This document shows, in pieces, positions 1-9,679 of a stretch of DNA of 64,000 nucleotides (the first letter of the stretch is position 1; each line of letters opens with the position of its first letter). This DNA comes from Candidatus Freyarchaeum deiterrae (GTDB lineage: Archaea > Asgardarchaeota > Jordiarchaeia > Jordiarchaeales > Jordiarchaeaceae). The DNA is taken from NCBI GenBank assembly GCA_037305845.1, contig CP147778.1:320001-384000 (forward strand), written 5' to 3'. Below the pieces are notes generated by a model that made no database searches, had not been told where the DNA came from, and saw nothing but the letters and a program-made list of their open reading frames with translations. Both the position numbers and the translations under genes were made by a program.

Positions 1-1
1 C

Positions 2-184
2 TTTGAGCCTGCCAAGAGGTTCATGTTAAAATCTATTCCCGCCAGAAGAGAAAGAACAGATGAGGAATGGATTAAATGGGAAGAAAATAATTGGACATGC
101 GAGAATTGCGGGACGCTTCAATTCAGAGGAGCGAGAAGATGCCACAATTGCAAAAACGAAATAATTTCAATTCTCGATAAATAA
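2..184 (+). CDS. 3' end of a Cys-rich protein (DUF3795-like, C-terminal zinc ribbon), truncated by window edge
   Basis: Manual translation FEPAKRFMLKSIPARRERTDEEWIKWEENNWTCENCGTLQFRGARRCHNCKNEIISILDK*; CxxC...CxxC. Confidence 0.6.
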   Translation, partial: FEPAKRFMLKSIPARRERTDEEWIKWEENNWTCENCGTLQFRGARRCHNCKNEIISILDK

Positions 185-211
185 ATTGCAACTTATTGAA
201 AATCTCTCTCA

Positions 212-246
212 GAGAGCAGGCTGTGCCTCAAGGCTGGTCTGCTCTC
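212..246. terminator. Stem-loop between convergent genes
   Basis: GAGAGCAG(212-219) pairs with CTGCTCTC(239-246); extendable by G-U pairs and inner GCC-TCAA-GGC. Confidence 0.45.
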
Positions 247-310
247 ACTCTATCCCATTTGTACTGTTGGTAGGAGACGCTTCTATAACTGAAGCCGACG
301 CGGGTATGGT

Positions 311-1981
311 TTAGGTCTTTTCTTTTAGCAGTCTTTTCAGTATTTTTCCGGATCCGCTTCTTGGAAGCTCGTTTACAAACTCTATCTCTTTTGGATACTT
401 GTACTCAGCCATTTTTCTTTTAGCCCACTCCATGAGCTTTTCCTCAGTTATCTTTCCTTTGTAATCTGGTCTGAGAACCACGTAGGCTTTAACCGTTTCA
501 CCTTGTTGGGGGTCTGGTACTCCGACTATGGCTGCTTGATAGACTGCGGGGTGTTTCTTTAGTAATTGTTCAACTTCCGCTGCCCAGACCTTGTAGCCTG
601 AGACAATGATCATGTCTTTCTTGCGGCCCACGATGTATATGTAGCCGTCCTCGTCCATTTTTGCAATGTCTCCCGTGTAAATCCATCCGTCTCTGAGTGT
701 GGCTCTGGTCGCTTCGGGCTGATTCCAGTATCCCTTCATAACCTGTGGTCCTTTAAAGAGGATTTCTCCTTCTTCGCCGATCCCAAGCTCCTCGGAGCCG
801 GTGTCTGTGTCCACGATTTTGGCATCCACGTCGAAGACTGGGATTCCTATGGAGCCGCGTCTGGGTTTGTCGACGGGGTTTATTGTCATCTGGGAGATGG
901 TCTCGCTCAACCCGTATCCTTCTGTTAATTCGCAGCCTGTTACTTCCTTGAATTTATCGAAATCACTTATTGGCACTGGGGCTCCGCCGGAACTGCATAC
1001 TCGTAGGGAGCTCAAGTCGTAGTTCTTAGCATAGGGGTAGGTGGCGATGGCTTTGTCTATTGGTGCTGCGCTAATCAGGATGGTGCACTTGTACTTTTCT
1101 ATTCCTTTTAGCATTGCTTCTAGGTCGAAGCGGGAGAGTAGCACTGTAGTGTTTCCGATGTAGATTGGGCAGTTCATGGATTGCTGCATTCCCAAAACGT
1201 TGAACAAGGGTAAAACGGATAGGGTTACATCCTCTTCGACAACCTTTGCCCATTTCACCCCACCTACAATGTTCACTACAGCGTTAAAGTGGGTTATCAT
1301 GGCACCTTTGGGCTCTCCGGCTGTTCCCGATGTGTATTCGAGAAGGGCCAAATCTTCTTTGGGGTCGATATTCACTCTTGGAGCCTTTGCCTTATACTGC
1401 TTTAAGAGATCCGTAAATTCGATGGTTTCCGGGAATGTTTTTTTCTCTTGCTCCAGAGATACGGGGATGGGAAGAGTGGGTTTTTCGGATAGGTAGTCTC
1501 TGCCGCTTGTAACTATTATGTTCCGAAGCCCGGTCTTTTTTAACACCTTTTGAACTGTGGGGTAAAGATAGTCCAGAGTAATTAGATTCTCTGTTTCAGA
1601 ATCGTTCAACTGGTACTCCATTTCCATCTCCTTAAACATGGGGTTAATAGGAACCACGATTGCGCCGGCTTTGAGAGTGCCATAATAGCTGACGACAAAT
1701 TGCGGGCAGTTCTCTAGTAACAGCCCTACCCTGTCTCCCTTATTGACACCCATATCCACAAGTGCGTTTGCGAAACGGTCAGACCAATTATCTAGCTCAC
1801 CGTAAGTAATTTCATATCCGTAGAAATTGATTCCAGTCTTTTTCGGAAATTTTTTGGCGGTGTTACTAAGAAATGTAAAAATAGGCACTTCGGGATAGTC
1901 CAAAGACTTCGGTAAACCCTCCGGCCAAGATTTAAACCATGCTCTCTCCATTCCAAACATCTTCCATATACGAGGATTCAC
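311..1981 (-). CDS. Long-chain fatty acid--CoA ligase (AMP-binding family)
   Basis: YTSGTAGEPKG AMP-binding motif, EGYGLSE, YTGD, GRKKD, SGSGKILK. Confidence 0.93.
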   Translation of the reverse strand: MNPRIWKMFGMERAWFKSWPEGLPKSLDYPEVPIFTFLSNTAKKFPKKTGINFYGYEITYGELDNWSDRFANALVDMGVNKGDRVGLLLENCPQFVVSYYGTLKAGAIVVPINPMFKEMEMEYQLNDSETENLITLDYLYPTVQKVLKKTGLRNIIVTSGRDYLSEKPTLPIPVSLEQEKKTFPETIEFTDLLKQYKAKAPRVNIDPKEDLALLEYTSGTAGEPKGAMITHFNAVVNIVGGVKWAKVVEEDVTLSVLPLFNVLGMQQSMNCPIYIGNTTVLLSRFDLEAMLKGIEKYKCTILISAAPIDKAIATYPYAKNYDLSSLRVCSSGGAPVPISDFDKFKEVTGCELTEGYGLSETISQMTINPVDKPRRGSIGIPVFDVDAKIVDTDTGSEELGIGEEGEILFKGPQVMKGYWNQPEATRATLRDGWIYTGDIAKMDEDGYIYIVGRKKDMIIVSGYKVWAAEVEQLLKKHPAVYQAAIVGVPDPQQGETVKAYVVLRPDYKGKITEEKLMEWAKRKMAEYKYPKEIEFVNELPRSGSGKILKRLLKEKT

Positions 1982-2142
1982 TTAATTCAAGTTGTGAACA
2001 ATTTATATATAACTATTTTTCATACCTGAAAATTAGAATAAAAAAATAAGCGTTGTTTCAAGCTATATGTTCTTTAAAGAGTTCCCACAAAGTAACGAGC
2101 CCATCGAATTAGAGCTTAAAAGCTGAAACAAAAAAATGAAAA

Positions 2143-3024
2143 CTATTTGGTGTATTCTTTTAGAAATTCGAGCATGTACTTGTTGACAAGCTTCGGTTCC
2201 TCGTTCTGCACCCAGTGGCCACATTTTGGAATGTATTTTATAGTGTACGGAGCATCTATGTATTTCTCTGCTCCCTTACTAACTTCTAGTGTAAGGGCTA
2301 CATCTTCCTCTCCCCAGATTACCAGGGTGGGGCTGGTTATTTTGGGGAATTTTAGTGGGATTTCCTCCATGAAGATTTCGGGTCTGATGTTTGCGCGGTA
2401 ATAGTTTATCCCTGCAGTTAGTGCTCCGGGTTTCGACCAAGCTTCTTTGAATTTATCCAAGTCCTGGTCGGTGAAGACACCTTTTTTAACAGTTGAATTG
2501 CTGAGCATCAGTTTAAGAGCGAGGTAATTGTTTCTGCTGAAATAGCTCTCTGGAACCTTCTCTTTTTGGAAGAAAAAGACGTACCAGCTCTTCTGAAGTT
2601 GTCTACCAATGTATTTTGCTTTTTCCTGCCAAACCGCGGGGTGTGGGACATTCATGATAATTAGTCTCTCGGTGGCTTCTGGGTGTGTCATAGCGAAAGA
2701 CCAAGCTACGATAGCGCCCCAGTCGTGACCCACGATTATGGCTTTCTCCTCTCCAAAGGATTTGATAAGACCCATAACGTCCTCAACCAGTAGGTTCAGC
2801 CTGTACTTGTCTACTCCCTCAGGTTTTTCGCTCTCGTTGTAACCTCTCATGTCAGGAGCTACAACCTTGAAGTACTTTGACAAAATTGGTATCTGATGTC
2901 TCCAAGAATACCAGAACTCGGGAAAACCGTGCAACATTATCATTAGTTTCCCATTGCCCTGGACAACGCAATGAAGACGAATCCCGTTGGTTTCCACAAA
3001 TTTATGTTCCCATGTCTCACTCAA
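2143..3024 (-). CDS. Alpha/beta hydrolase, epoxide hydrolase-like
   Basis: HGFPEFWYSWRHQ, GHDWGA nucleophile Asp, CGHWVQ catalytic His. Confidence 0.9.
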   Translation of the reverse strand: MSETWEHKFVETNGIRLHCVVQGNGKLMIMLHGFPEFWYSWRHQIPILSKYFKVVAPDMRGYNESEKPEGVDKYRLNLLVEDVMGLIKSFGEEKAIIVGHDWGAIVAWSFAMTHPEATERLIIMNVPHPAVWQEKAKYIGRQLQKSWYVFFFQKEKVPESYFSRNNYLALKLMLSNSTVKKGVFTDQDLDKFKEAWSKPGALTAGINYYRANIRPEIFMEEIPLKFPKITSPTLVIWGEEDVALTLEVSKGAEKYIDAPYTIKYIPKCGHWVQNEEPKLVNKYMLEFLKEYTK

Positions 3025-3170
3025 CCTTAATTAACCTCCTTTTTTAATACCCAATTTGTTTACTAAAGATAATAAGTTACTCGTTGTTTTTCTACTTATA
3101 TTCCCCTTATAACATTATTTTCATTAGTGTCAATTTAAAAATTTAAAAACATGAAAAGCAAGTTAGAAAT

Positions 3171-3878
3171 ATGGACTATGTGAGGGAAGTCGTAAAAGAA
3201 ATCACAGTTAAACTGGGCAGATTATTCTCAATGGAACTCGGAATAAATCTGCAAAAGGGGAGTTCAGATGAGATATTCAAATGGTTCGTAGCCTCCCTAC
3301 TATTCGGAGCCAGAATTTCGGAAACAATAGCCAAAAACACCTACCACGAATTCGAAAAAGATAATCTTCTAACTCCCGAAAAAATTCTAAGAAAAGGATG
3401 GGACGGACTGGTGTTTACACTCGATAAAGGCGGATACGTGAGATACGATTATAAAACAGCTGACAAGTTTCTGGAAGTGACGGGCAACCTGAAAAAGGAG
3501 TATAACGGAGACTTGAACCATCTGCACGAAGATTCAGCCGATTCTGGGGACGTTGAACAAAGATTGAAGAACCTCGGAAAAGGAATAGGAAACGTAACCG
3601 TTAATATTTTCTTAAGAGAACTCAGAGGAATCTGGGATAAAGCAAATCCCGCGCCCCAAGATCTCACCATAGTAGCTGCCAAAAATCTGGGACTAATCGG
3701 AGAGGCGAATAAAATATCAGCTCTAGAGGAACTTGAAAAAATCTGGGATCGAAGCAAAGTTGAGGGGTATACTTTTCCAAACTTTGAAACAGCCTTACTT
3801 AGAATTGGAAAAGACTTTTGCAGAAAAAACAAGTGCAGCGAATGTCCAGTGAAAGCATTTTGCACACGCCAATCTTGA
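3171..3878 (+). CDS. HhH-GPD superfamily DNA glycosylase-like protein with C-terminal Fe-S motif
   Basis: HhH-like LGKGIGNVT; C-terminal CRKNKCSECPVKAFC. Confidence 0.7.
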   Translation: MDYVREVVKEITVKLGRLFSMELGINLQKGSSDEIFKWFVASLLFGARISETIAKNTYHEFEKDNLLTPEKILRKGWDGLVFTLDKGGYVRYDYKTADKFLEVTGNLKKEYNGDLNHLHEDSADSGDVEQRLKNLGKGIGNVTVNIFLRELRGIWDKANPAPQDLTIVAAKNLGLIGEANKISALEELEKIWDRSKVEGYTFPNFETALLRIGKDFCRKNKCSECPVKAFCTRQS

Positions 3879-3908
3879 ACCTGCTTGCTCCTTCTGTCTA
3901 AAAAATTT

Positions 3909-5030
3909 TCATTTAATTAAGTGAACCGACAAGGCTTTAAACAAAACATACAGGTCTGATCCGGGGCGGATTTCGAATTCTTCCAGAGAACTTCTTGTTA
4001 TTAAACAGCTTACCGGGACACTGTTTACATCTATTTTCAACATAAAGAGAAATCCTTCGGGTATAACACCAGATACCTTTCCTTTTAGGACATTACGTGC
4101 GCTGGTTACTGGTTTCTCCTTGGCAATGATAATGTCCTCTGGTCTTATCACCACTTTCACATCTTGACCCTCCTGCAAGTCTGGGTCGAACATTGCGCTG
4201 ATTTCGATGTCTCCCACCATTATCTTTGAGAGACCTTCTCGGGGGCGGTTCTCCAAAACTTTGCCGTCAAGAATGTTTTCCGCCTCGGTGAAACCTGCAA
4301 CAAAATCTGTTTGGGGCTTGTAAAAGATATCCTCTGGTTCTCCTATCTGTTCTATTTTACCATCGTGAATTACGGCTATACGGTCAGCTATGGCTCTTGC
4401 TTCATTTTGGTCGTGAGTGACGAAGATGGATGTTACTTTGGACTCTCTTTGGACTCTCAAAATTTCGCTTCTCACACTTTTTCTAACTTGGACATCTAGA
4501 TTGCTGAGGGGCTCATCGAGAAGTAGAAGCTTGGGCTGAACAACCAATGCTCTAGCCAGGGCGACTCTTTGCTTCTCCCCGCCGCTCAGGGTTTCTGGCT
4601 TGCGATACTTGAGACGATCCAAATCTAACTTATCCAAAACTTCTGTAACACGTTCAATTACTATATGCCTTTTTATTTTTTTAGAGAATAAACCGTAAGC
4701 AATGTTGTCCGCCACATTCATGTGGGGAAAAAGAGCGCAGTCTTGAAAAACCAAGCAAACCTCTCTCTTGTTTGGAGGAGTATTGTCTATGCACGTTCCA
4801 TCCAGATAAACATGCCCAGAATCCTGCTTGATTAAGCCACAAATTATGTTCAGTAGAGTGCTTTTTCCACAACCTGTGGAGCCGACTAAAACTAGAAATT
4901 CTCCTTTTTCCACCTCAAAACTTAATCCTCTTAAAACAGGATTTTCCTTCTTTAAGCCAGAAAACCTCTCATTTAAGCTCGCGGAATCCCTGTAAGTTTT
5001 ACTTATTTCTTCCACTTTTAAGAAGGACAT
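3909..5030 (-). CDS. wtpC: Tungstate/molybdate ABC transporter ATPase with TOBE domains
   Basis: GSTGCGKS, LSGGEKQR, LLLDEP, C-terminal TSARN TOBE; operon context. Confidence 0.88.
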   Translation of the reverse strand: MSFLKVEEISKTYRDSASLNERFSGLKKENPVLRGLSFEVEKGEFLVLVGSTGCGKSTLLNIICGLIKQDSGHVYLDGTCIDNTPPNKREVCLVFQDCALFPHMNVADNIAYGLFSKKIKRHIVIERVTEVLDKLDLDRLKYRKPETLSGGEKQRVALARALVVQPKLLLLDEPLSNLDVQVRKSVRSEILRVQRESKVTSIFVTHDQNEARAIADRIAVIHDGKIEQIGEPEDIFYKPQTDFVAGFTEAENILDGKVLENRPREGLSKIMVGDIEISAMFDPDLQEGQDVKVVIRPEDIIIAKEKPVTSARNVLKGKVSGVIPEGFLFMLKIDVNSVPVSCLITRSSLEEFEIRPGSDLYVLFKALSVHLIK

Positions 5031-5033
5031 TTT

Positions 5034-5933
5034 TCAGCTCCTCCTGCCCATTAGTATGCGGGCGGTAATCAAGACCGAGAATGCAATAATCAGCAAAATA
5101 ACCGCAGCGGTGATGCTTAGGAACAATCCATTCGGCAAATTAAACTCAAAATAGATGACTGTTGAGAGGGTATAACTCTGCCCCGGCACATTGTTAGAAA
5201 CCATTAATGTGGCTCCAAACTCTCCTATAGCACGGGCCCACATCATCGCCCAACCCGCAAACACACCCCTGGCCGAAAGGGGTAGAGTGATTGTGATAAA
5301 AGTTCTAATTTTTGAAGCTCCCAAGTTTGTAGCCGCAAGTTCAAGATTTCTGGGAACAGCCGAAAAGGATGTGGCAGCCGACCTTATGAAGAAGGGTGCG
5401 GAAACAAAAATCTGCGCAAGTATTATCGCTCTCCAAGTAAAAATTATATCAATACCATTATTACTCAGAAAAGACCCTACGGGTGTATTAGGACCCAGGA
5501 GCAATATTAGAGCTAATCCAGCAACCGTGGGAGGAAGAACCATAGGCAAATCCACCGTGGTATCAAGAATCTTCTTGCCCCAAAAATTGTACCTAGCCAA
5601 AATGTAGGCTAAAGGCATACCCAAAGAGATACATATTACACTAGAAAAGGCAGAGGTGATCAAACTAACCTTAATCGCACTAACGATGACATCACTATTC
5701 AACGCATTAATAATCGGGTTAAATATTGTCATAAACATATTAAAGGCTTGGGTCGGACCGGAAGTCTGATAAATATTGTAAAGCATCTGGTAAAATCCAG
5801 GTTCGGCATAAAGAGGATTTATCACGGAATAGACAAGAACTCCCAGTGGTGATAAAAAGAAAATTATGAGAAAAATCAACCCGAAAAAAAAGAGGAGAAT
5901 AGGGTAAACACTGATTTTACTCCAGCCAGACAT
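5034..5933 (-). CDS. wtpB: Tungstate/molybdate ABC transporter permease (ModB/WtpB)
   Basis: DLPMVLPPTVAG, EAA-like loop ELAATNLGAS, WARAIGEFGAT. Confidence 0.88.
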   Translation of the reverse strand: MSGWSKISVYPILLFFFGLIFLIIFFLSPLGVLVYSVINPLYAEPGFYQMLYNIYQTSGPTQAFNMFMTIFNPIINALNSDVIVSAIKVSLITSAFSSVICISLGMPLAYILARYNFWGKKILDTTVDLPMVLPPTVAGLALILLLGPNTPVGSFLSNNGIDIIFTWRAIILAQIFVSAPFFIRSAATSFSAVPRNLELAATNLGASKIRTFITITLPLSARGVFAGWAMMWARAIGEFGATLMVSNNVPGQSYTLSTVIYFEFNLPNGLFLSITAAVILLIIAFSVLITARILMGRRS

Positions 5934-5980
5934 TCACATCGCCACTATAATTTTTCATCACGTTCTATTCACTATTTAGA

Positions 5981-7102
5981 TTAAGCTTCAACAGACACGT
6001 TCTGTATTTCAGGAGGAACATTACCCCAGACACCATCTGCTATCGGCGGATTAATCGTGGGTTGCGATCCAGCCTTCAATATGGCTTGCCCATTTAAGGG
6101 GGACAATACGAACTTTAGAAACTCAATAGCCCAGTACCGATTCTGGGCAGTGTTAGGAATCGTAGCCCCGTATTGGATCCACGAACCCTGATAAGTCGTC
6201 GTGGTAGGGGTAACTGAGAATTGCGAATACCAAGCATTGTAAGGTTGATATCCTAGACTAACATTATCTGGAAGCGCTACGTAGTTTAAACCACTTTGAT
6301 TGGCATTGGACTCATAGACTATACCATAATCGAGTTCATTTGCCTGTAAAAGAGCTATTATATTCGCCGACTTAGCAGCTACCGTAATCCATGAAGGTGA
6401 AGGTTTTGATTCAACTTCAGATAACAAAATGCCTTGACTGCTATTGCTTGGATTGACTGGATAACCAGGATATTCACTTGAGTGATCTGGATAATAGGTG
6501 TCGCTTATGTTTAGCATAATAAGTGTTCTATAGCCGCATGGATCTTGGTCAGGGTTGGCTCTAGCCCATGTTACTTTCTGCCCATTATCGTATCCAGTAG
6601 ATAGGGCTGTGTACCAAGTGGTGTTGGTCAACGGTATAGCAGTAGGACTGTAAGCTATGCAGAGTGTATTTGTTGCAAAGTCCACCCACCAATCAGTATA
6701 GTTTACCACAGGAAATGACGGTATGGGTGTCTGATACAACATGTTTTTGATCACGTAGAAGTCGGCGGAGAAAAATAGGTCACACGGTTGTCCCTGTTTT
6801 ATACGGTTAGCGCAGTCAATTGATCCTGCAGACGTAATGTAAATATTCACCCCTGGGTGTAGCGCCTCAAATTCTTGGGCCGCTGTAGTCAAAACTCCCT
6901 GAAGACTTCCCGCAGTAAGAATGTTAACACTTCCTCCAATTGGAAGACCAAAGAGCGTCAAAAGATTCTGTTGCTGCTGTTGCTGCTGTGGAGCGTACCA
7001 TCCGTAGTAATAGGCGGTGCCACTAAGTATTACGCTTGATGCTATAATTACTGCTAGTATGTTTACGCCAATTGCTCGGGACAGTTTCAAGGGTTTACTC
7101 AA
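5981..7102 (-). CDS. wtpA: Tungstate/molybdate-binding protein, membrane anchored
   Basis: N-terminal TM then poly-Q linker; AGSL, GS, SAD, DPCGYR, YES motifs of WtpA family. Confidence 0.85.
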   Translation of the reverse strand: MSKPLKLSRAIGVNILAVIIASSVILSGTAYYYGWYAPQQQQQQQNLLTLFGLPIGGSVNILTAGSLQGVLTTAAQEFEALHPGVNIYITSAGSIDCANRIKQGQPCDLFFSADFYVIKNMLYQTPIPSFPVVNYTDWWVDFATNTLCIAYSPTAIPLTNTTWYTALSTGYDNGQKVTWARANPDQDPCGYRTLIMLNISDTYYPDHSSEYPGYPVNPSNSSQGILLSEVESKPSPSWITVAAKSANIIALLQANELDYGIVYESNANQSGLNYVALPDNVSLGYQPYNAWYSQFSVTPTTTTYQGSWIQYGATIPNTAQNRYWAIEFLKFVLSPLNGQAILKAGSQPTINPPIADGVWGNVPPEIQNVSVEA

Positions 7103-7206
7103 TTTTTTTATCTCCTAAACTTTTTTTCGATTTGGGGGTCTCTTATGAAAATATGGGATCCATTAGTGAATCGGATGCTTTGTAGAAGTTGGTAGTTTCT
7201 ACAGCA

Positions 7207-7254
7207 ACCGATATGAACCGTTATGCATATCGGTATCATGAACCTGTATAAAAA
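7207..7254 (-). promoter_or_regulatory. wtpABC promoter: TATA box plus inverted-repeat operator
   Basis: Minus-strand TTTTTATA at 7254-7247; ACCGATATG-N10-CATATCGGT at 7207-7234. Confidence 0.6.
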
Positions 7255-7358
7255 TATTCCCATAAAGGTACCTTTTGCATAATTTCCTCTATTTCCTCAT
7301 TTTCGCCCTTTTTGTAGCGTAAAACTTGGACAAAGTTTTTGTTTTTCTGGAAGTTATT

Positions 7359-8174
7359 TTACTCTTTTATGTTATTTTCAGTTTTTTCTACGAAGTATAA
7401 GAGTAAATCGATAAAGAATTGTGGGCGTTCCATTATGAGTTCGTGCCCGCAGAAGGGGAAAATCGCCAATTGTGAGTTTGGAATTTGTTTGTGCATGAGT
7501 TCGGCGTTCTCGACCGGAACTATATTATCATCCTGTCCATGGATTATCAGGGTTGGGGTTTTTATCTCTTTGAGTTTTTTTCGAAAATCTGCTGACTCTA
7601 CTTGGAAGCCTTTGTTAATTCTTCCCGGAGTTTCGGAGGGCGGGATGCGTTTACTCTCCCTGAAAATGTTGACTATGTCGTCGTGTCTTCTTCTGAAGAT
7701 AGGGTTGAAAACATCTTTAACCTGAGCTTCCACGAGCGCTTCCACTCCGCCGCTAAGGAGAGCTTCTGACCATTTACCTGAAACATTTACGGTGTGCTCC
7801 GGGATGTATGGGGCTACGTCCACTAGGATTATTCCTCTAACCTTTTCAGGGTAGCTTAAAGCGGTTTTCAGTACTGTGTATCCTCCCATGCTGGCGCCGC
7901 AAAAATAAGCACTGTCTATTCCCAGTTGGTCTAGTAAGGTTACTATATCCTTGGCAAAGAGGGACTGCGTGTATGGTTGATTCGGCTTGTCTGACTGCCC
8001 GTGACCCCTGAGATCAACAGCAATACACCTTATCTCCTTCGATAACTCAGGAATAACTAGCGCCCAATCCCTGGTGTCACCGCCCAACCCGTCAACAAAA
8101 ACCACCGGTACTCCCTCACCGGTATCCTCATAGTAAATCTGGATGTCATTTATTCTGGATTTCAAGAGCACCAC
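7359..8174 (-). CDS. Alpha/beta hydrolase (3-oxoadipate enol-lactonase-like)
   Basis: DLRGHGQS, GASMGG nucleophile elbow, HGQDD, CGHE. Confidence 0.88.
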   Translation of the reverse strand: MVLLKSRINDIQIYYEDTGEGVPVVFVDGLGGDTRDWALVIPELSKEIRCIAVDLRGHGQSDKPNQPYTQSLFAKDIVTLLDQLGIDSAYFCGASMGGYTVLKTALSYPEKVRGIILVDVAPYIPEHTVNVSGKWSEALLSGGVEALVEAQVKDVFNPIFRRRHDDIVNIFRESKRIPPSETPGRINKGFQVESADFRKKLKEIKTPTLIIHGQDDNIVPVENAELMHKQIPNSQLAIFPFCGHELIMERPQFFIDLLLYFVEKTENNIKE

Positions 8175-8503
8175 TTCTAAATTTTAGATTAACTAAAGTC
8201 CTTTATAATTATTAGGATAAGCCCACACAAATAAACGGAGTGGACGGCAGATTGTAGTAAATCTCGATTAAAGGTATTAAGAACATTCTTTGATGACCAA
8301 ACTTTTTATGTATCACACGAAATTTCCTTCTTTTTCTCTTAAAAATTCTCCAAACCTAAATATTTTTGAATGGAATGATTAGAAAAGTTTAATTTATACT
8401 TGATTAATATAGTAATTAGCCTGAATTTTACGCAGAGACATTAGGATATTTTTGCAGAATCAACGACAATGCGATACAGAGTATGAGTCTTGAATAATAA
8501 TTA

Positions 8504-9442
8504 TTGCAAAAATTTTCGAGAGTGAGGAAAGTGATATATGGATTACTAATATTTGACAGAACTGGAAAAAATTTTTTCCAAAAGTTTTATGGTAACATCG
8601 AGGTAGAGGAGAACATCATACGCAGCTTCGTTAAGGAGCTGACAATCCTCATGTACAACCTTAATCAGGTCAATAGAATTTCGTACATAAATCTGGAAAA
8701 GCTGAAATTTTTCTACTCCATTTTTAAAGACATAATCACAGTTTTTTGCACGGATCAAAATGAAGATCTAAGGGACGTCCACGACAAATTCGTCAAAGTG
8801 CAGGAAGAATTTATTAAAATTTTCGACAATCTACCGAGAGAAGAAAATAAACTGGAGGGGGAATCGAAAATTGAGAATAGCCCTCTAAATGTATTTCAAA
8901 AAACTGTGGACAAGATACTTTTCCCCCATCTTAAAACAGTGATAATTGGAGATGGCGGAGTTGGAAAAACTACCATTCTGAAACTTATCATGGGAGAAAA
9001 GACGATTTCCCCTTACCTTCCAACGGTTGGAGTGGATGTTAAAGAGTTTAGTAACGCGGTCAAAAACATGAATCTTATTCTCTGGGACTTCTCAGGTCAA
9101 CCACAGTTCAGAAAACTCTGGAGACCATTTCTCGATGGAACCCACATCGCCATCCTAGTTACGGATTCAACACCTAAAAACATAGAAGAAACAAAAAATA
9201 TATACCAATTAATTAAAGAAGAAAAACCGGAAATGAATTTCATACTAATCGCTAATAAGCAGGACTTACCAGACGCAACCGCACCCGAAACCATCGGAAA
9301 ATACTTGGGAATAACAGCGCACGGATTAGTCGCAATTGACCCAAACTACAGAAAAAAAATACTAGAAATAATCAGAGAAAAAATCACAGAGCTCACCCAA
9401 GTCAAGTCTAAACCATCTCTGCCCATTGACGTTAAGGCGTAA
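8504..9442 (+). CDS. Longin-like domain fused to Ras-superfamily (Arf-like) small GTPase; true start may be GTG at 8531
   Basis: G1 GDGGVGKT, G2 PTVG, G3 WDFSGQ, G4 NKQD; N-terminal ~120 aa with longin-like pattern (IYGLLIFDRTGKNFFQKFY). Confidence 0.85.
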   Translation: MQKFSRVRKVIYGLLIFDRTGKNFFQKFYGNIEVEENIIRSFVKELTILMYNLNQVNRISYINLEKLKFFYSIFKDIITVFCTDQNEDLRDVHDKFVKVQEEFIKIFDNLPREENKLEGESKIENSPLNVFQKTVDKILFPHLKTVIIGDGGVGKTTILKLIMGEKTISPYLPTVGVDVKEFSNAVKNMNLILWDFSGQPQFRKLWRPFLDGTHIAILVTDSTPKNIEETKNIYQLIKEEKPEMNFILIANKQDLPDATAPETIGKYLGITAHGLVAIDPNYRKKILEIIREKITELTQVKSKPSLPIDVKA

Positions 9443-9679
9443 AAAACCAGTCCAGTTATGGAATCGTTTCACATGCTATTGATTTTAGGTTTTGCCTATT
9501 TTTATCATTAAAAATGTTTGGGAGAAACATCGTTTGTTTTATTTTTTTGTTAGATGTTTGGTTGTTAGTTTATACGATTTTTGTAAGACAGAAATGTATC
9601 AAAGTGAAAATTCTCCAATATGATTGAGAAAACATTATATTGAGAATTAAAGACTGTTCTTTCCTCTCTATTTTAGCTG

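Noticed and set aside
212-246. Hairpin as a SECIS element
   Set aside because: No AUGA/GA core and no in-frame UGA in the visible part of the upstream gene; the unseen 5' part cannot be excluded
7103-7206. Moco/Wco riboswitch in the wtpA leader
   Set aside because: Only one hairpin (TGTAGAA/TTCTACA, 7181-7203) and none of the conserved riboswitch motifs recognisable by eye
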